Assembly: GCF_000092105.1 (NCBI RefSeq)
Contig: NC_014148.1
Coordinates: forward strand, 1,620,001 to 1,652,000
DNA: 32,000 nt
Source of the DNA: Planctopirus limnophila DSM 3776
Lineage (GTDB): Bacteria; Planctomycetota; Planctomycetia; Planctomycetales; Planctomycetaceae
Reading direction: 5' to 3'
Translations under genes and position numbers: made by a program
Part shown: positions 27,775-32,000 of the stretch, in pieces
How positions within the stretch are numbered: position 1 is the stretch's first letter
Layout: every line of letters begins with the position of its first letter
The notes under the pieces: generated by a model
Databases searched by the model: none
What the model saw: the letters and a program-made list of their open reading frames with translations, nothing else
Told to the model about the DNA's origin: nothing

Positions 27775-28188
27775 CCGCTAATTCCTGCCAAAAGCATACA
27801 GTCGCTGCAATCACCAGCATCATCAGCTCTTGTGCTCGTGATATGATCGATCCAAAGCTCTGTTTTAAAAACGCTGGCTGACTGAGGTTGAGTTTGACGA
27901 TGGGAGAATTTCTGATGTTCAGTGCAATCCTCGCCGGAGCATGTTGACCACACTCCCTGAGGCAGTTTACGCTCATTGCTGGTCAGTTTGCACAGAGGAT
28001 TGGGTTGATCGCGGACCGTTTTTTCCAGTTATTCCCGGTATGACTGGAAGTCTGAGAAAGGTGTGGGTCACTGACTCTTCCACTGGTAAGGAAGTTTTGC
28101 CAGTCGAGGGGACATTGCCGATCATTATTCACAGGCGGCTGTGGAGTTTGTGCCGGGTCGATCTCGTTTGTTTCTTATTTCGATGAAC

Positions 28189-28226
28189 CGTGATCGAGTC
28201 AGTCATATTGACGGATTTCGATCACG
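28189..28226. repeat. Inverted repeat/hairpin just upstream of the 28247 start codon
   Basis: cgtgatcg (28189-28196) is the reverse complement of cgatcacg (28219-28226). An inner gtca/tgac pair is also present. The repeat ends 20 nt before ATG 28247. Confidence 0.5.
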
Positions 28227-28246
28227 AAGCCGATAGAGGCGTGCTC

Positions 28247-29116
28247 ATGCATACAGTTGGTAAAGTGCTGATCTGGCTGGTGGTGCTGGCTGCAGGTGCG
28301 GGAACCGTCTTGACTGCCAAGCTGATTCAAGTGCGTAACAGCCACACTCGCAAGGCCGAAAAACTCGATGCGGACTTTGCCCGCGTTTCAAATCAACTCG
28401 GTAAGGCCGAGGCCGAACTGAATTCACTCAAGGCCGAGCTTGCACGGGAATTGCTCAATTGGGATCGTGCTCCGCTGCAGGGCGATACTTCTGTTATTGA
28501 TCCTCGTCAGGGGCGGATTACCGTCAATCTCGGTCGGGCGAACGGCCTTAAAGACAAACAATGGCTCTATGGTTTTGAACTCAATGCCAATGGACAACCT
28601 GTCTATCGAGGGGCTTTTGAGATTGCCCAGCTGGGTGATAACCAGACGGCACTCGTGCCGACCTTCCGTCTGCGTGCGGAAGATATCGCCAGCCTCAAAA
28701 GTGGTAACTGGCGTTGGCGTACGCTGATTCCTGCAGCATTTCCCGCCCGCCACAGCGATCTCCAGCTCCAACTCGTCAAGAACGACGAACTCCTGGTCGA
28801 TCGCACGGCGAATGTCACTGAGCAGCAGAAACTCCTGAAAGAAGCCACCGCACAACTGATGAGACGAAGAGAAGAAATCATCGGTGGCCCCAGCCTGCCC
28901 AAAGAAGATTTCCGACCCACAGAAGAAAAGGCCGGTCTAGTCGCAGCACTTCAGGAAGTGGAAGAAATGCGCAATCAACTCCTCATCGATGTCGATCAGC
29001 TTCGCCAGCAATTGCGGCAGGTTTCGAGCGAGCTGGGCAAAACTCAGGAAGAGAACGTCTCTCTTGTGAAACGATTGCCCAGTGCAGCCAAGGAAACTGC
29101 CAGCCGACAGCCCTGA
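28247..29116 (+). CDS. N-terminally anchored coiled-coil protein, function unknown
   Basis: ATG 28247 has AGAGG 7 nt upstream; GTG 28190 lacks an RBS. A single TM helix (VLIWLVVLAAGAGTVL) is followed by a heptad-like segment, a ~100-aa beta-like middle part and a second long coiled coil (QLLIDVDQLRQQLRQVSSELGKTQEEN). Confidence 0.75.
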   Translation: MHTVGKVLIWLVVLAAGAGTVLTAKLIQVRNSHTRKAEKLDADFARVSNQLGKAEAELNSLKAELARELLNWDRAPLQGDTSVIDPRQGRITVNLGRANGLKDKQWLYGFELNANGQPVYRGAFEIAQLGDNQTALVPTFRLRAEDIASLKSGNWRWRTLIPAAFPARHSDLQLQLVKNDELLVDRTANVTEQQKLLKEATAQLMRRREEIIGGPSLPKEDFRPTEEKAGLVAALQEVEEMRNQLLIDVDQLRQQLRQVSSELGKTQEENVSLVKRLPSAAKETASRQP

Positions 29117-29147
29117 TTTCTCCTCGTCATTTCACGGATGGATACCC

Positions 29148-29672
29148 ATGACCTCTGTTCCACTGCGAGTGGTCTATGTGGGGAGTTTTGATCCCCTGAC
29201 GCTGGGGCATCTGGATATCATTCGACGGGGGGCCTCGCTCTTTGCACATCTGACTGTGGGGATCGGCGTCAATCCTGATAAACGACCTCTCTTCTCACCA
29301 GAGGAGCGGCTGGAGATCACCCGCCAGGTTGTGGCTGACCTCCCGAATGTTTCCGTCGAATGCTTCTCCGGCCTGACCATTGATTTCGCCCGCAGCTCTC
29401 AGGCGAATGCCATTTTACGCGGGATTCGTTCCCTTTCAGATATTGAGTCCGAGTTCACGATGGGGCTCGCCAATAAAGTGCTGGCACCACAACTCGAGAC
29501 AATCTTTTTCATGGCTGGTGAGCGGTATGCTCACATTTCGAGTTCGTTGATCAAGCAGATTGCACTGCTGGGGAATAGCAATTCTGCCAATCGACTCTCT
29601 GAGTTTGTTCCCGAAGCTGTGATTCAACCACTTCTGGAAAAAGTCCATCAGGTGGCCAGCCAGCGAAAGTGA
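29148..29672 (+). CDS. coaD: Pantetheine-phosphate adenylyltransferase
   Basis: 174 aa from ATG 29148. It has VYVGSFDPLTLGHLDII (the T/HxGH nucleotidyltransferase motif), RGIRSLSDIESEF, ETIFF and ISSSLIKQIA. The upstream 22 codons of the tracked ORF overlap the previous gene and are rejected. Confidence 0.92.
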   Translation: MTSVPLRVVYVGSFDPLTLGHLDIIRRGASLFAHLTVGIGVNPDKRPLFSPEERLEITRQVVADLPNVSVECFSGLTIDFARSSQANAILRGIRSLSDIESEFTMGLANKVLAPQLETIFFMAGERYAHISSSLIKQIALLGNSNSANRLSEFVPEAVIQPLLEKVHQVASQRK

Positions 29673-29810
29673 CCATCTTATTGGTGACTGTCAGCTGTTG
29701 GCACCAGATTCCCTGCTCTCGACGCGTGTCTGCAAGCCTCGACCTCGCTATAACCAAAGAGTCGTTTATTGGCTCTGCAATTCATTGGTATCGACTTCAG
29801 CGAGGCAAAA

Positions 29811-30392
29811 ATGGTTCGTGTCCCTTCGACCATGCTCCCTTTGGGAACAGTTGCTCCCGGTTTTTCACTGCCAAATATCGATGGCACAATCGTTGAAAAA
29901 AGTGCTTTTGCCAGCGGTGCACCTCTGCTGGTGATGTTCATCTGCAATCACTGTCCGTTCGTGAAGCATCTGCGAAGTGGACTGGCTCAACTCGGACGTG
30001 ATTACCAGAAAACAGCACTCAAAATTGTGGCCATCAGTTCCAACGACGTCGTGGCCTATCCGCAGGATGATCTCGCAGCCATGACACGCGAAGCAGCCGA
30101 AGCGGGCTACACCTTTCCTTGTCTACTCGATGAGAGTCAGGAAGTGGCCAAAGCTTACCGGGCGGCGTGTACGCCAGACTTTTTCCTGTTTGATGCAGCC
30201 CACCGGCTGGTCTACCGGGGCCAGTTTGATGCCTCACGACCCGGGAATGAAATCCCCGTCACAGGGAGCGATCTGCGGGCAGCGATCGACTCGGTTCTCA
30301 AAGGTCAAAGCCCTGCAGCAGAACAGACACCATCGATTGGCTGTAACATCAAGTGGAAACCAGGCAACAATCCTGATTACTTCCCCGGCTGA
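29811..30392 (+). CDS. Thioredoxin-fold protein (AhpC/TSA-redoxin-like) with a CxxC motif
   Basis: ATG 29811 has GAGG upstream. It has LGTVAPGFSLPNIDG, then the CxxC segment LLVMFICNHCPFVKH, and the family-typical tail SIGCNIKWKPGN. Confidence 0.85.
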   Translation: MVRVPSTMLPLGTVAPGFSLPNIDGTIVEKSAFASGAPLLVMFICNHCPFVKHLRSGLAQLGRDYQKTALKIVAISSNDVVAYPQDDLAAMTREAAEAGYTFPCLLDESQEVAKAYRAACTPDFFLFDAAHRLVYRGQFDASRPGNEIPVTGSDLRAAIDSVLKGQSPAAEQTPSIGCNIKWKPGNNPDYFPG

Positions 30393-30544
30393 TCTTCCAC
30401 TTGATCTGTTGGCGTACCCAACCGAGCGGGCTATCAAATGGGTGGCACGCCTCGGAGGTTCTGCGAAAAGGCGTGATCTTTGATCCCCGCCTAAGTAGTG
30501 TATGTCTTCAATAGGCGCTGAACTTCGAACAAACAGGCTGGCCT

Positions 30545-31420
30545 ATGGCGGAAATCATTCCACTTCATCGCGACCATTCGAGGTTGTTTCATCAGAATCG
30601 CTACGTCTATCCGGTTGTTTCCAGACGAAGCGGTGGCATTTCCGTCGGGATTAATCTCAATCCGGATAAGGTCTGCAACTTCGATTGCATCTATTGTCAG
30701 GTCGATCGGCGAAGTGAAGCCGAGACGAATTTTGTCGGTACTGAACAACTTCTGGCCGAACTCGATGAAGTGATTGAACTGGTGACTAGCGGCAGGCTCT
30801 GGGACGATGAAAAATTCGGAGCCACCCCTCAGGCGTTTCGTCGCTTCAATGACATAGCCTTTTCCGGTGATGGAGAACCCACCACGTTTCGAAACTTCGA
30901 CTTGATTGTGAATGAAGTTGCTCAAAGGAAGATGAATGCCGGGGTCGACCAGGTAAAGATGGTCTTGATCACCAATGCCAGTATGTTCCATCGACCAGCC
31001 TGCCAGCGCGGGCTGGTGGTGCTGATGGCTCATCAGGGAGAGATCTGGGCCAAGCTCGATGCCGGGACTGAAGAGTATTACCACCTGATTGAACGAACTC
31101 GCATTCCCTTGGCGAGAATTCTGGAGAACATTCTCGATGTCTCGCTGCGCTGGCCTGTCGTGATCCAGGCCCTCTTTATGAATGTGGCTGGTGTGCCTCC
31201 GACAGACGCCGAAATCTCCGCCTGGCTGGGCCGCTTAAAAGACATTCTTTCCGCAGGTGGCCAGATTTCTCTGGTCCAGGTTTACACAGTCGCACGACCA
31301 CCTGCCGAAGCGATTGTCACACCGCTCTCAGATGCCGAGGTTGATCACATTGTGAAGCGTTTGCAGCAGGAAACATCGCTGACCGCTCAAGGATATTACG
31401 GTTCCCGCACGTCATCCTGA
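30545..31420 (+). CDS. Radical SAM protein (COG0731/TYW1-related type, substrate unknown)
   Basis: It has the CX3CX2C cluster CNFDCIYC, preceded by YPVVSRRSGGISVGINLNPDKV, and the GGE-like motif FSGDGEPT. I see no SPASM or B12 domain. Confidence 0.88.
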   Translation: MAEIIPLHRDHSRLFHQNRYVYPVVSRRSGGISVGINLNPDKVCNFDCIYCQVDRRSEAETNFVGTEQLLAELDEVIELVTSGRLWDDEKFGATPQAFRRFNDIAFSGDGEPTTFRNFDLIVNEVAQRKMNAGVDQVKMVLITNASMFHRPACQRGLVVLMAHQGEIWAKLDAGTEEYYHLIERTRIPLARILENILDVSLRWPVVIQALFMNVAGVPPTDAEISAWLGRLKDILSAGGQISLVQVYTVARPPAEAIVTPLSDAEVDHIVKRLQQETSLTAQGYYGSRTSS

Positions 31421-31501
31421 TTGCTCTGGGGAAACAGGGTGGATTGCCCCGGGCAAATTGTGCATTCTCATAGGGAAGGTCGTCAACGACTTTTCTTCGG
31501 C

Positions 31502-31585
31502 GGGTGGCTGGGGTTGAGTCTTCGAACCCCCAGCAGTCTTCGGCACCAACTGGGGGTTCGCGAAGACGCTCAACCCCAGCCACCC
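31502..31585. repeat. 84-nt near-perfect GC-rich hairpin/palindrome (32 bp, two 2-nt bulges, 16-nt loop)
   Basis: The left arm gggtggctggggttgagtcttcgaacccccag (31502-31533) pairs with the right arm ctgggggttcgcgaagacgctcaaccccagccaccc (31550-31585). I checked the pairing base by base. No T-tract follows on either strand. Confidence 0.85.
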
Positions 31586-31776
31586 CATACCAAGGAGCGT
31601 AGTTTGTTATTGGAATCCGTCTGAGACGGCGGCAAGCCGATTGTCGCTTTGATTCGATCTGTGCCATGCTTGCCGCTTTGGGCAATCAGGCTTTCTCAAT
31701 TTTTAACACGCCTTTTCAAGCTGTTTTTCGTATCAGTATTGCACAACGTTCCGCAGGGATTGCAAAGGATGTTTCA

Positions 31777-32000
31777 ATGCCGCTGACAACTGTCTTTCAT
31801 GCCAGTCTGTATGGCACGATCTGTCTGGCGGGCTTTATTCTGGGCCGAGCTGAGGGCAACTTTATCCCTTATCTCACGATTCTTGTGGCCATGGTCGGCT
31901 ACATGCTGACTGAGCATTACAAAAAATGGATGGTCACTGTTCCTGTCGCCAATGCTTTGGGGCTTGTGGCCTTTCTCGTCGCAGCTATTGAATTCACTGT
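31777..32000 (+). CDS. Membrane protein, 3'-truncated by the window edge
   Basis: ATG 31777 is preceded by AAGGA. The frame is open to nt 32000. Hydrophobic helices are present (LYGTICLAGFILG, IPYLTILVAMVGYML, ALGLVAFLVAAI). It is absent from the ORF track only because no stop is reached. Confidence 0.55.
   Translation, partial: MPLTTVFHASLYGTICLAGFILGRAEGNFIPYLTILVAMVGYMLTEHYKKWMVTVPVANALGLVAFLVAAIEFT

Noticed and set aside
31502-31585. Possibility that the long imperfect palindrome is an integron attC site. It has bulged bases and contains GTTGAGT (GTTRRRY-like) and GCTCAAC (RYYYAAC-like).
   Set aside because: On either strand the core-like motifs occur in the order GTTRRRY...RYYYAAC, the reverse of attC (R''...R'). 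They sit mid-stem rather than at the base. No intI integrase or cassette array is present.
31317-31685. ORFs 31421..31624(+) and 31317..31685(-) in the spacer after the radical-SAM gene.
   Set aside because: Both run through the 84-nt palindrome, which generates mirror-image open frames. The translations are low-complexity and there is no RBS.

Overview
The window is a chromosomal segment with 27 supported CDS. I found no rRNA, tRNA, CRISPR array, transposase, integrase or phage gene. All family assignments come from reading the translations and recalling family motifs; no search or computation was run, and GC content was not computed.

Several properties point to a Planctomycetota-type genome, which is inference only:
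- a Tat-exported Gfo/Idh/MocA oxidoreductase
- a stand-alone formaldehyde-activating enzyme
- an exported prenyltransferase-repeat protein
- membrane proteins with long Ser/Pro/Arg/Tyr-rich tails
- weak Shine-Dalgarno usage
- 300-500 bp intergenic spacers

Housekeeping genes are dnaE (5' partial), nadB, an HU/IHF-like gene, a DksA/TraR-like gene, xylA, fae and coaD. They are interleaved with envelope and glycan genes: two GT4 glycosyltransferases, an FkbM methyltransferase and a GT-C-like polytopic protein. There are also several orphan membrane or secreted proteins.

I do not see a clear-cut novel defence, mobile or toxin system. The candidates most worth a second look are:
1. A co-directional, all-exported gene cluster at 9.1-14.6 kb (two lipoproteins, a periplasmic alpha/alpha-toroid protein, a beta-repeat protein and a GT-C-like membrane protein).
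2. An 84-nt near-perfect GC-rich hairpin without a T-tract at 31502-31585.
3. An orphan minus-strand intrinsic terminator at 9521-9566 with no minus-strand gene upstream, which may mark an sRNA or an insulator.
4. A 612-aa orphan polytopic protein at 25936-27774.
5. Adjacent CvpA-like and YdjM-like membrane proteins that both carry long disordered tails.
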